A DNA stretch of 64,000 nt from Lama guanicoe. Lineage: Eukaryota. The position numbers and the translations under genes are program-made. The notes under the pieces were generated by a model. That model saw only the letters and a list, made by a program, of their open reading frames with translations. It was not told the DNA's origin and did not search any database. The stretch is from positions 62,001 through 126,000 of the forward strand of contig MU053493.1 in NCBI GenBank assembly GCA_013239625.1. The letters are read 5' to 3'. Positions 51,763 to 64,000 of the stretch are shown in pieces (position 1 is the stretch's first letter; each line of letters opens with the position of its first letter).

Positions 51763-54700
51763 TTTTTTCTCAACATTTTTTTGTTGAGTTATAATCATTT
51801 TACAAGGTTGTGTCAAATGCCAGTGAAGAGCACAATTTTTGAGTTATACATGAACATATATATATTCATTGTCACATTTTTTTCTCTGAGCTACCATGAG
51901 ATGTTGTGTAGATTTCCCTGTGCTATACAGTATAATCTTATTTATCTATTCTACATTATGGAATCTGAGTGTAACCCTTCCCATCCACTGCCCCCTTGGC
52001 AACAACAAGAGTGTATTCTATGTCTATGAGTCTGTTTCAGATTTATATTTCTTTTTTTTCTAGATTCCACATAAGAGCGATCTCATATGATATTTTTCTT
52101 TATCTTTCTGACTTACTTCACTTAAAATGACATTCTCCAGGAACATCTATGTTGCTGCAAATGGAATTATGCTGTCAGTTTTTATGGCTGAATAGTATTC
52201 CACTGTATAAATATACCACTTCTACCTTATCCAGTCATCTGTTGATGGACATTTAGGCTGTTTCCATGTCTTGGCTATTGTAAATAATGCTGCTATGAAC
52301 ATTGGGGTGCAGGTGTCATTTTGAAGTAGGGTTCCTTCTGGATAGATGCCCAGAAGCAGGATTCCTGGGTCACATGGGAAGTCTATTTCTAGTCTTTTGA
52401 GGAATCTCCACACTGTTTTCCATAGTGGTTGCACGAAACTGCATTCCCACCAGCAGTGTAGGAGGGTTCCCCTTTCTCTACAGCCCCTCCAGCATTTGCC
52501 ATTTGTGGACACTTGAATGATGGCCATTCTGTCTGTTATGAAATGATACCGCATTGTTGTTTTGATTTGCATTTCTCTGATAATTACTGATATTGAGTAG
52601 TTTTTTTTCATGTGCCTATTGATCATTTGTATGTCTTCCTTGGAGGATTGCTTGTTTGAGTCTTCTGCCCATGTTTGGATTCGGTTCTTTGTTTTTTTCT
52701 TATTAAGTCATATGAGCTGCTTATACATTCTGGAGATCAAATCTTTGTCGGGTTCATTTGCAAAATATTTCTCCCATTCTGTAGGTTGTCATTTTTTTAT
52801 GGTTTCCTTTGCTGTGCAGAAGCTTGTAAGTTTCATTAGGTCCCATTCGTTTATTCTTGCTTTCATTTCTATTGCTTGGGTAGACTGCCATAGGAGAACA
52901 TTTTTGAGATGGATGTCAGATAATGTTTTGCCTATATTTTCCTCTAGGAGGTTTATTGTATCTTGTCTTATGTTTAAGTCTTTGATACATTTTGCGTTGA
53001 TTTTTGTGTATGGTGTAAGGGAGTGTTCTAGCTTCATTGCTTTACATGCTGCTGTCCAGTTTTCCCAACACCATTTGCTGAAGAGACTGTCTTTATTCCA
53101 TTGTATATTCTTGCCTCCTTTGTCAAAGATTAGTTGACCAAAATTTTGTGGGTTCATTTCTGGGCTCTCTATTCTGTTCCATTGGTCTATATGTCTGTTT
53201 TGGTACCAATACCATGCTGTCTTGATGACTGTAGCTCCATAGTATTGTTTGAAGTCTGGGAGAGTTATTCCTCCAGCCTCTTTCTTTCTCTTCAGTAATG
53301 CTTTGACAATTCTAGGTCTTTGATGGTTCCATATAAATTTTATTATGATGTGTTCTAGTTCTGTGAAATATATCCTGGGTAATTTGACAGGGATTGAATT
53401 AAATCTGTAGATTGCCTTGGGCAGTGTGACCATTTAAAGAATATTGATTCTTCGAATCGAAGAGCATGGTATATCTTTCAATTTTTAAAAGTTTTCATTA
53501 ATTTCCTTCATCAATGGTTTATAGTTTTCTGTGTATAATTCTTTCACCTCCTTGGTTAGATTTATTCCTAGGTATTTTATTACTTTGGGTGCTATTTTAA
53601 AGGGGATTGTTTGTTTAGTTTCTATTTCTGTTGATTCATCGTTAGTGTAAAGAAATGCAACTGATTCTTGAACGTTAATCTTGTAACTGGCTACCTTACT
53701 GAATTCTTCAATCAGCTCTTGTAGTTTTTGTGTGGGCCTTTTAGGGTTTTCTATGCATAGTAACATGTCGTTGGCATATAGTGACACTTTTACCTCTTCT
53801 TTTCCAATTTGGATCACTTTTATATCTCTCTCGCCTGATTGCTGTGGCTAGGATTTCCAGGACTATATTGAATAGGTGTGATGATAGTGGGAAGCCTTGT
53901 CTTGTCCCAGATTTTAGTCGGAAGATTTTGCTGGCTGTAGGTTTGTCATATATAGCTTTTATTATGTTGAGATATGTTCCCTCTATACCCACTTTGGTGA
54001 GAGTTTTTATTATAAATAGGTGTTGAATTTTATCAAATGCTTTTTCTGCATCTATTGAGATGATCATATGGATTTGGTCCTTTCTCTTGTTGATGTGATG
54101 TATTACATTGATTGATTTCCATATATTGAACAACCCTTATGTCCCTGGGATTAACCCCAGTTGGTTATGATGTGTAATCTTTTTTATGTGTTGTTGGATT
54201 CTATTTGCTAATAGTTTGGTGAGGATTTTTGCATGTATGTTCATCAGTGATATTGGCCAATAATTCTTTTTTGGTAGTGTCTTTGCCTGGTTTTGGTATC
54301 AGGGTGATGGTGGCTTAATAGAATTAGTTTGGGAGTATTCCCTCCTTTTCAATCTTCTGGAAGAGTTTGAGAAGGACTGGTATGAGTTCTTCTTTGTATG
54401 TTTGGTATAATTCCCCAGTGAAGCCTTCCAGTCCTGGACTTTTATTTGCAGGGACGTTTTTTATTGTTATCTCGATTTCATTTCTAGTGATTGGTTTGTT
54501 CAAGTGGTCAGTTTCTTCTTGGTTCAGTCTTGGTGGACTGTGTGTTTCCAGAAATTTGTCCATCTCCTCTAGGTTATCCATTTTGTTTCCATATAGTTTT
54601 TCATAATATTCTCTTGTATGATATTCTGTAGTTCTCTGTTATTTGTTGTAGTTTCTCCATTTTCCTGTCTTATTTTTGCTTATTTGTGCTCTTTCTCTTT

Positions 54701-57700
54701 TCTTCTATGTGAGTTTGGCCAGAGGTTTGTCGATTTTATTTACTTTTTCAAAAAACCACCTTTTGGTTAGGTTGATTTTTTCTCTGTTTTTTTAAATCTC
54801 TATTTTATTTATTTCCTCCTTAATCTTTATAATTTCCTTCCTTCTGCTGCCTTTGGGGTTTTTTGTTCTTCTTTTTCTAGTTCATTCAGTTGGTTGGTTA
54901 AATTGTTTATTGAGACTGTTCTTCTTTTTTGAGGAAGGCCTATATCGCTATAAACTTCCCTCTTAGCACTGCCTTTGCTGTGTCCCATTAATTTTGTGTG
55001 GTTGTGCTTTCATTGTCATTTATCTCAGGGTATTTTTTAATTTCAGCTTTGATTTCCTCATTTACCCATTTTTTTAATAACATATTGTTTAATCTCCATG
55101 CTTTCCTTTTTGTCCCCTTTGCTTCTCTGTTGTTGATTTATAGTTCCATGGCATTGTGGTCTGTAAGGATGCTTGAGATAATTTCTATCTTCTTAAAATT
55201 GTTGAGGATCTTCTGTGCCCAAGTACATGATGAATCCTGGAAAATGTTCCATGTGCACTTGAAAAGAATGTATAACATTTTTGGGGGTGTAATGCTCTGA
55301 AAATAGCCACCAAATCTAATTTTTCTACTGTACCATTTAATTTCTCTGTTGTCTTATTTATTATCTGTCTGGAAGATCTGTCTAGTGATGTTAATGTGGT
55401 GTTGAAATCTCCAACTATGATTGTATTCCCATCAATATCGCCCTTTATCTCTGTTAGTAATTGTTTTATGTACTTAGGTGCTCCTATATTGGGTGCATAT
55501 ATATTAATGAGTGTAATATCTTCATCTTGTATCACTCCTTTAATCATTATAAAATGTCCTTTATCTTTCTTTATGGCCTTTGTTTCAAAGTCTATTTTGT
55601 CTGAAATCAGTACTGCTACTCCTAGGGTTTTGACTTTTTCATTTTCATGGAATATCCTTCTCCATTTTTTTGCTCTGAATCTATTTGTGTCCTTCTCCCT
55701 AAAGTGGGTCTCTTGTATGCAGCTTATTAAAGATTCTTGCTTTGTTATCCAGTTTTCCACTCTGTCTTTTGATTGGAACATTTAGTCCATTAACATTTAC
55801 AGTAATTAATGATAGGTGTGTGTTTATTGCCACTTTGAACTTATTTTCGCAGTTGATTTGGCATTTCCCCTGTGTTCATTTTTTCCTTCTTTTTGTGGCT
55901 TGGTAATTTTCCTTTGTATTATCGTGTCTTTATTTAGTATTCGTGAATGACTTGCAAGTTTTTGGCTTGTGGTTACCCTTTTTTGTAAGTCTTTTAACTC
56001 ATTACTAAAACTGTTTTTATTAAACTGATAGTAATATAATCTCGAAGCCATCCTACCGAGAAAAAAAAATTTAAAAAAGAAAGAAAAAAATGCTCTATAT
56101 TTCCTTGTTTCCTTCTCCCACTCTTAATGATTTAGATGTCTTCTTTTACAATTTAGTGTACGTTTTGTTTGTAATTCATGAGTTATCACCTTTCCAGTTA
56201 TGAGTTTCTCATTCTATAGCATCCTGATGCTTTTCTATTTAGAGTAGAACTTTCAGTATTTCTTTTAGCATGGGTTTAGTGTTACTAAACTCTTCTAGTT
56301 TTTGCTTGTCTGCAAAACTCTTTATGTCTCTTTCTATCCTAAAGGATAGCATTGCTGAATAAAGTATCCTAGGTTGCATTTGTTTTTCATTCAAGACTTT
56401 GAATATATTTTGCCACTCCCTTCTGGCCTATACTGTTTGTGTAGAAAAATCAGCTGAGAGCCTTATGGAGGTTCCCTTGTAACTCACTCTTTTCTTTTAT
56501 CTTGCTGCCTTTAAGATCATTTCTTTATCCTTGACTCTGGCCATCTTGATTATGATATGTCTTGGTGTGGGTCTATTTGGGTTCTTCCTGTTTGGGACCC
56601 TCTGAGCTTCCTGTACTTGTATATCTGATTCCTTCTTTAAGTTTGGGAAGTTTTCAGTCATGATTTCTTCAAAAACCTTTTCAATCCCCTTTGATCCTTC
56701 TTCCCCTTCTGGGACCCCTATTATGCGAAGATTGGGATGCTTTATATTATCCCATAGGTCCTTTATGCTATTATCATTATTTTTTATTTGCTTATCTTGT
56801 AGTTCTTCTGAATGGGTGCTTTCTATTGCCCTGTTTTCTAGATCACTAATTCATTCCTCTGCATTAACTAGTCGGCTTTGCACAGCTATTAGATCATTCC
56901 TCATCTCTGTCAATGAGTTTACCCATTCTGCTTGGCTCTTCTTTATAGCTTCAATTTCATTTTTGACATATTTTATCTCTCTAAGCACTCTCTCTTTTAA
57001 TTCCTTCAGCAATTTGATCACTCCTTTTTTGAAATCTTGATCTAGTAGGCTATCGATGTCTATTTCATTGATCTTTCTTTCAGGGGATTCCTCTTGTTCT
57101 TTTAATTGGGAAAGGTTTCTCTGCTTCTTCATCTTGCTCATACCTCTCTGGCACTGTGGTTTATGGAGTATCAGTTGTCTATTTTGGATCTTAAGGATTT
57201 TATCTATCTAATGCCTATTTATGACTAGAACTTAGGGAAAAAAAAGAAAGAAATAATAGAGAGAGAAAGATTTTTAAAAGAAGGGAGAAAGAGGGTTTGA
57301 AAACATTGTATAATGAATAATAGAAGAGCGAGTTGAAGCAGAGTATCAATCGGGTTGAGACGTCCTTTTAAAACCTTTAAAAAAAAGAAAAAGAAAAAAA
57401 AAGGGGTGGGGAGATGAATAGATGTATTTGAAGCCTGTGTCTAATCAATAACAGGACATCAAACCCAAGAGAAATAGAAATGAATTAAGAAGTAAAAATT
57501 AAGAGAGTAATTGAAAATAGAACAGGTAAAAACAGATTTAAGAACAAAACAAAAAACAAACAAACAAAAAACAAGAACAAAAAACAAAACAAAACAAAAA
57601 AGGGGTTGTCGGTGTTCTCCTGGTGTCTCTGTGCTTTTAATGTGAAGTCCTTCTGTCTTCGTCCTGTTTTGGAAGCTCAGCTTGTTTTCATAGGCCCTCC

Positions 57701-58915
57701 ATTGGCGCCCTCTTCTGTGCTGCTCCCAGCAACAGTTGGCAAGCAGATCGTGCCTCCTTCTAACACGGGGTCAGATGCAGCTCTCCTCTGCTGCGGGCGG
57801 GCGGGTCACTGCCCCTCCAGATGCCGCAGTCAGATGTTGCAGACTGGCCAGGCAGGAGGGCAGGTCGTGCCCCCTCCCAGCACCTCGGTCAGGGGCTGTG
57901 TTCTTGCCCGACAGGCGGGGGGGGGGGCGGCGCTCTCCCTCTGCCTGCGCCACCGGTAGCTCCGCTGCTCTGTGCTGCTGCGCGTTCCGCCCTGGTCGCG
58001 CTCCGCCCTGGCCGGCGCTCTGCCCTGGCTGCACTCCGCGGGTGGGCTCGGGGAAGACCGAGGGGCAGCCTCATCCCTTCTCCTAGCCAAGACCCAGCTC
58101 CTTGTTTGTCTCTGTTGAGCAAGTTCTCTGAGGGACCAGGATGGACGGATCCCACCTGCCCCGGGCTGTAGTCCCGTCTCAGTCTGGCCCTTGAGGCTGC
58201 TGGGCCCTTCGGTGCAGATGCAGGTTTCGCCCCTGCCCCCACCTGGGTGCTAAGCGCCAGAGAATATGGCGGCTGTTCCTGGGCCCCGCCTCTCTTCCCC
58301 TGAAAAGTTTCCGCGGGTTTTCAGAGATGGGGGTATGTACCCTTCCCCCGAGAGCACATCAAACTTGCTGTTTCATGGAGGGCCTAGGTTGTTCTGTCCT
58401 GTACACCCACAGCCACGGCGCCCAGCCCCTTGCAGTCCCCCGGAGCTGCCTCCGTGCAGCCGCCCCCGTCCTCCGCCCAGATTGTGCAGCCTGGCCCTGC
58501 CCGCCACTGCTGGCCCGTGTCCCAGGCTGGGTGTCGGGGGTATGCTCTGTGCCCGTTTAACTTAGTTCTGTCAGACAAGGGCTGCTCTGTACAGATCTGA
58601 GCCTCGGAGGCTCCCCCTCCGTCCCGCTGGCCTCTCAGTTGGAGAGGGGAGACACAGCGAGCGAGCGCCAGTCCTCCTTTGCCGCTCCCTCCCCGCGGGA
58701 CCCGTCCCGCGCTGCTCTGCCTTTTGTTCTTTCTTTTTTCCTTTTCTCCTACCAGATTTTTGGCGTCTTTATCTTTTGAAGAGGGCGATGTTCTGTCGGA
58801 GTTCTGCAGGTGCTCTGGTTGGCTGAGTGAGTCTGTAGATGTGGATCTTGGTGTATTTGTGGGAGAGGGTGACTTACAAGCGTCCTTCTACTCCGCCATC
58901 TTGCCTCTTCTCCCC
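51763..58915 (-). mobile_element. Near full-length young L1 (~7.15 kb), ORFs disrupted
   Basis: 5' GGGGAGAAGAGGCAAGATGGCGG (YY1 motif), GC-rich 5' UTR ~57600-58915, ORF1 from 57141 (MSKMKKQRNLSQLKEQ), and ORF2 endonuclease/RT pieces (55185-55781, 53741-54133, 52789-53433) broken by stops and frameshifts. Confidence 0.95.
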
Positions 58916-59480
58916 AATTTGAAAACTCTTAATGAGGATTTTTACTATTATGGTAATATGATTATCTGCATAAATTCAATAAGAATCTGTTCTATATGTG
59001 AAAGGACACAATTTGAAACATAGGTTATATTACCAAGGATTTGACTGGAATGTTATATTAGTGATACATGTGCATAGAATGAAATAGAACCAGAGTGTTT
59101 AAAGGAACTAAAGTGTATTTTAAGGAGCCAATCTTATAAAACCCATTGGAAGTGATAACCTGTACTCATGTTAAAGGGTTTCCAAACTTATACTTCAGTA
59201 AGGAAGGTCACATCATGACAGATCCACAAATCTCAAGACATGTTTAGAATCCCTGGGAAAGAGGAATTCACCCAAATCTACAGGTAGTGGAGGCACAATT
59301 TCCTGATGAGTCTTGGACTTCACTTTCCATCCTGCAGAGACACTGAATAGTCTTATAGAAAGTTCCAGCAAAGCAAATTCAATAGGCCTTGTTGTCAATC
59401 ACTATTCTTGTTGCACTTATGTAAATAATCAGGCAGAGTACAATGAAAAGAGATTATCTTGCAAACAAGTTCATCTTACT
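58916..59480. mobile_element. MER4-group/ERV1 internal fragment
   Basis: Homologous in opposite orientation to 37630-38100. Confidence 0.45.
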
Positions 59481-60289
59481 TTGTTTCTGATTGAATGTTG
59501 GTGATGTCAGTCAAAAAATTATGTTTCAGTGGAAAGCTGCACTCTATCCTTTTGGATTCCATCTTGGACATTTTGTCAGTCTACACAAAATCCTGAGTTC
59601 TAGTTTCCTCCTGTATCTACCTATGACTGTACAAATTAGTGTTTAGAATTTTTCTAACTTGGAATCACAGAGAACTAAAACTTCCCTCTTCCAAATCTCT
59701 ACAAGTTGAGGCTGCATGACTAAGTATAAACCTCAATAAATTACCACAAATGATCATGTGTGGGCAAATTTCATGCCTATTCTGGGTGCACCATGCAGAA
59801 AGTTCAACAGAAAACATAATGTCATCACTACAGACATTCCAGCTGCAAACCAGGAAATCCATTGGAATCCCACTGTGGTCTATAGCCATCTTCTAAAGAT
59901 GCTTTGAGTGCAGTGTCAGGAAATCTCAACAGGCTTCCCTCTGGAAACAGAAGTGAGTTGTTATATTAGTCTTTGTTTTTCTGTTATTTTCATAGAAACT
60001 TCACTTATTTAAACATCTGGTAGCCAGCACCATAAAGCATACCCTATACTACCAAATATCATAAGAAAACTTAGCAGGTTTTTAATGAACAGTAAACAAC
60101 CTCGGAAGAAATGGACTCATGTTATTCTAAGGGACAAAGAATCTCTCTTCAATCCTTTGAACAATAGGGTGGACTGACTCCAGAATTGACCCTGGTTCAA
60201 TACTAAGGGCTCTTTTACCCTGTTACAATAGTCCTGAATAAACTTGCTTTTTATCATTTTAACTATTGTGCAACTATGGAGTTTCTTTG

Positions 60290-60900
60290 AGAGTGGTCAG
60301 GATCAATCACCCTAGCCAGGACCCAAACTCTCTCCCTTGCAAGCTGACTCACAGGCACTAGAAGCCCAATGTGACCAGGTGACATTCTTAACGTCCATCC
60401 AGAGAAATCACTGCTTTGTCTCCTAGGGGAAGAAGTCTTTCTTGAGTATCTGTGAGCTGTAGGTCAACAGAGCATAAAGATGGGGGAACAGGAAGCAAAA
60501 ATGGTGCCTTTAATTTTCAATCCCTTAATTCATTATAGCCTTGCAACAAATGTCCTCCCACCTGGCTCAGTAAGTGAGCCTTCTAAGTGCCCTTTCACTA
60601 TTCAGTTAAACAAGCTGCTTCAGAGAGTTGGGGAATGCCATGCACATGGACCCACAGCCACATTTCTTTTGCCATGAAGTGTGTTCACTGAACAGAAACA
60701 ATGGTGTATAATATACCGTAAGAGTGGAGAAAGCATCTTTAAGACCATGAATGATTTTTTTGGCAGTAGTTTGCATACACGTAAGGGAAAGCTGTACCGA
60801 GTTTACCGTCTATTCCAGTAAGGGAAAGAGAAAGAATAAAAACAATGCAGTTTCCATGAAAGAAGGATCTAGTGTAAACAGCTAGGCACAGGAAATTAAT
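60290..60900 (-). mobile_element. Very old ERV-L/MaLR internal fragments, antisense
   Basis: ggtcaggatcaatcaccctagccag resembles the antisense ERV-L integrase 3' end; highly decayed. Confidence 0.35.
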
Positions 60901-61229
60901 ATCCATTATCAGCTTACACCATTATCTACCAGTGCTCTGCTTACTATTGGAAATAGTCATTATCATCTTTAAATCTAATGAGATTAGGGAGCAGATTCCA
61001 GGAAACAAAGAAATGATCTGATGACCCCAACAGAAACACTGGGATAAGTGCTGCTCATTGTAATAAAGTACATTTGCCCACCAGGGCTGCACACAACACT
61101 GGTTAGGGCTTTGGTACCAGCAGTCTTCTTCCTCCTGTTTATGTGCTTGTGCCCAAAGGCCACTTCTTTCTGCATGGGAGGTGGATGCGTAGAGGGAAGA
61201 ACACTGAAATGCTCCAAGAACTCCAGGAC

Positions 61230-62519
61230 ACTGAAGACCAACTTTTAACAAAAGGAGCTGGGTGACCCCTATGTCCACCTGTGTACTTTCTTGCAAACTC
61301 CTTAACAAGAATCCAGTTAAGTCTGTTTGGCAAGAGTTCTTCATACTCCATGTCTAATCACTCTCTATATCAATCAGATTTGCATCCTACACCATCTGAT
61401 AGCTCATTATTAATCAGCCTGGCATGTTTTCAGCAAGAATCCAAGAATCCAGTTAAATTGATTCAGGGAGAATTGCCCCTACACTTGATGCTTCCTCTTA
61501 TAATTGTCCATCCACTGACCTACATCAAACTCCTTAGTTATAAATTCCAAGGTGTCCATGAAATATGTGGAAATGCCCCATTCCATACTACGGCCTCCTT
61601 TCCCCTAGTGCAAAAGTCCTGAATAAAACCTGTTTTACTGCTTGAATCTGTGGGTTCTTTTTGACATTATGGTATTACAAATGGAATAGGATCAGATTCA
61701 TCAATGGAGCACTAGACCACTCACCCAGGACCATAAATGTACACTTAGGAAGAATCTGTCTTCATTTCTGACAGATGAAGTATCCAGTGATGAGTCCAAC
61801 TCCCACACAAATATTCCAATGATCCCTTGAAACTGGTGGCAATAGTTTTGTTTCCTAAGATATGAATACTTTTGAATTATTTTCTAGAAGCTGTATTAGA
61901 GTCCCAGACAAAGACAGGCTAGTGTGGAATGCTGGGTTTTTCCATTTATAAGAAGCTATGTTAGAGTCCCAGCCAAGTATTAGCTGAATCAGAGTCCAAA
62001 ACAAGCACCTGGGTGTAAGAACTTCGGTTAGAGTGCTAGACCAGCTGATAGTAGAGTGATACTCCCAAGTTTCTGCTCACAATTATGTAGGTTTTGAAAA
62101 TTAAGACCTTGGGAGCTTCTCCTTGGGCTAGAGACCATCTTCTTTGACCCCTGCTTAAAATGTTTCCCATTCAATCTTTCTGCTTCTTTGATCTTGGCAT
62201 TGTTTTCCTAAGGATAAATGGAAACTTCAATGGACTCTTTGGGAAACTTAAGGACTTCCCACACTAACTTCTATAAAACCTGTCCCTCCCCATCACAGCT
62301 GCTTCTGCTTCTTACTTTTACTGTTTTAAACCTTCCTTCCAGTTCCCCTGATAATTTGAAATGCCTCCCTTCAAACCCTTACTTCCTCCACCCCTCTGTC
62401 CACCAGCCAGAATTTTCCCGCCTTGTGTTCTCCACTCTCTGTGGTCACCTAAATTTCAGGCCCCCTGCCTTCCATCAAGGGCTCTACAGGGATTAAGTGA
62501 CCCCCTTAAGGAAACATCT
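61230..62519 (+). mobile_element. ERV1-like LTR (to ~61666) plus start of internal leader
   Basis: gaataaaacctgttttactg...tttgaca, followed by leader-like sequence. Confidence 0.4.
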
Positions 62520-64000
62520 GAGAGAAGAGAGAATATGGCAGAGTAGAAGGACACTCGTAGCTCACCCTCTCCCACAAATGCACCAAGACTCACATCCACA
62601 GACCCACTCAGCCAACCAGAGCACCTGCAGAACTCCAACAAAACATTGCCCTCTTCAAAAGATAGAGACGCCAAAACTCTGGTAGGAGAAAAGGAAAAAA
62701 GAAAAAAAGTCAAAGCAGAGCAGAACATGTCCCACGAGGCGGGAACAGCAAAGGATGACAGGTGCTTGTTCGCTGGGTCTCCTCTCTCCAACTGAGAGGC
62801 CAGCGGGATGGAGGGGGATCCTCTGAGGATCGGATCTGTACAGACCAGCCCTTGGCCAACAGAACTAAGTTAAACAGGCACAGAGGGTCCCTACAACACA
62901 CAGCCCGAGATGCAGGCTGGCAGCTGGGGCAGGGCCAGGCTGCCCGAGCCAGGCGGAGGACAGGGGCGGCTGCATGGGGGCAGCTGCACTGAGGCAGCCC
63001 TGGGGGACTGCAGGGAGCAGCGCGCCATGGCTGTGGGTTCACAGGGCAGAACCATATGGGCCCTCCATAAAACAACACTATTGATGTGCCCTGGGGGGAA
63101 GGGTGCATACGCCCATTGCTGAAAACCCATGGAAAGTTTTTGGAGGGAGAGAGGCGGGGCTCAGGCACAGCCGCCATATCCTCCAGTGCTCAGCATCCAG
63201 GCAGGGGAGGGGGTGAAACCTGTATCCACACCTAAGGGCTTAGCAGCCTCAAAGGCCAGACGGAGACTTGTCTAGAGCCCAAGGCAGATAGGATCCTTCC
63301 ATTCTGGTACATCAGAGAACTTGCTCCACCAAGACAAACAAGGAGCTGGGTTCTGGCCTGGAGCAGGAACAAGGCTGTTCCTCCGTCTTCTCCGAGCACA
63401 CCTGTGGAGTGCCAACCCAAGGCAGAGTGTGCAGCAGCACAGAGGAGCAGAGCGACAGGCGCCAGGAGAGGGAGGGCACCTTCCCGCCTTTTGGGCAGGA
63501 ACACAACCCCTGACCACAGTGCTGGGAGGGGGAGCAACACGCCCTCCTACCTGGCCAGTCTGCAACATCTGACTGTGGCATCGAGGGGCAGTGACCCGCC
63601 TGCCCACCGCAAATGAGAGCTGCATCTGACCCAGTGTTGGGAGGAGGCACGATCTACTTGCCGACAGGCACTGGGAGCAGCACAGACGAGGGCACCAATG
63701 GAAGGTCTCTAGAAACAGCAAGCTGAGGTGCCAAAACAGGACGAAAAGAAAAAGACTTCACATTAAAAACACACAGTCTCCAGGAGAACACCGACACTCA
63801 TCCTTTTTTTTTTTAAATCTGTTTTTACCTGTTCTATTTTCTATTACCCTCTTAATTTTTACTTCTTAATTCATTTTTATTTCTCTAGAGTTTTGATGTC
63901 CTGTTATTGGTTATACACAGATTTCAAACACATCTTTTCATCTCCCCCCCCCTTTTTTTTAAAGATTTTGAAAGGACTTCTTAACTCGACTGCTATTTGG
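62520..64000 (+). mobile_element. 5' UTR of a second young L1, continuing beyond the window
   Basis: Collinear reverse-complement homology to 57400-58915 (GAGAAGAGAGAATATGGCAGAGTAGAAGGAC...). Confidence 0.92.

Noticed and set aside
51763..58915. Retrotransposition-competent L1
   Set aside because: ORF1 and ORF2 are split by multiple stops, frameshifts and a small deletion near 53920.

Overview
Mammalian genomic DNA, most likely a camelid (inferred from a Vic-1-like tRNA-derived SINE and matching young L1 copies). The left part holds the 5' end of the imprinted SNURF-SNRPN gene on the minus strand. Exon 1 (ATG at 8648) splices to a 96-nt exon 2 (2754-2659), giving MERARDRLHLRRTTEQHVPEVEVQVKRRRTASLSNQ(E), the SNURF uORF N-terminus. 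Exon 3 and the SmN exons were not found and presumably lie left of the window. The CpG island around exon 1/intron 1 (~7.1-8.9 kb) is the Prader-Willi imprinting-centre orthologue, with NRF1, YY1, Sp1 and nine ZFP57 hexamers and a strong GC skew. The ~55 kb upstream contains a CENPK processed pseudogene split by an L1 and a SINE, a ~101-105 bp tandem array, a tailless U6 retrocopy, candidate non-coding upstream (U) exons, and two small CpG-rich islets. It also contains a dense stack of LTRs, ERV-L, an ERV-S-like provirus (tRNA-Ser PBS, env remnant) and L1s, including one near full-length copy and three 5'-inverted copies. No prokaryote-style system is present. The best leads for novelty are the candidate upstream exons/promoters and the ERV-S-like provirus. 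Repeat family names are from recalled consensus sequences, and most repeat boundaries are approximate.
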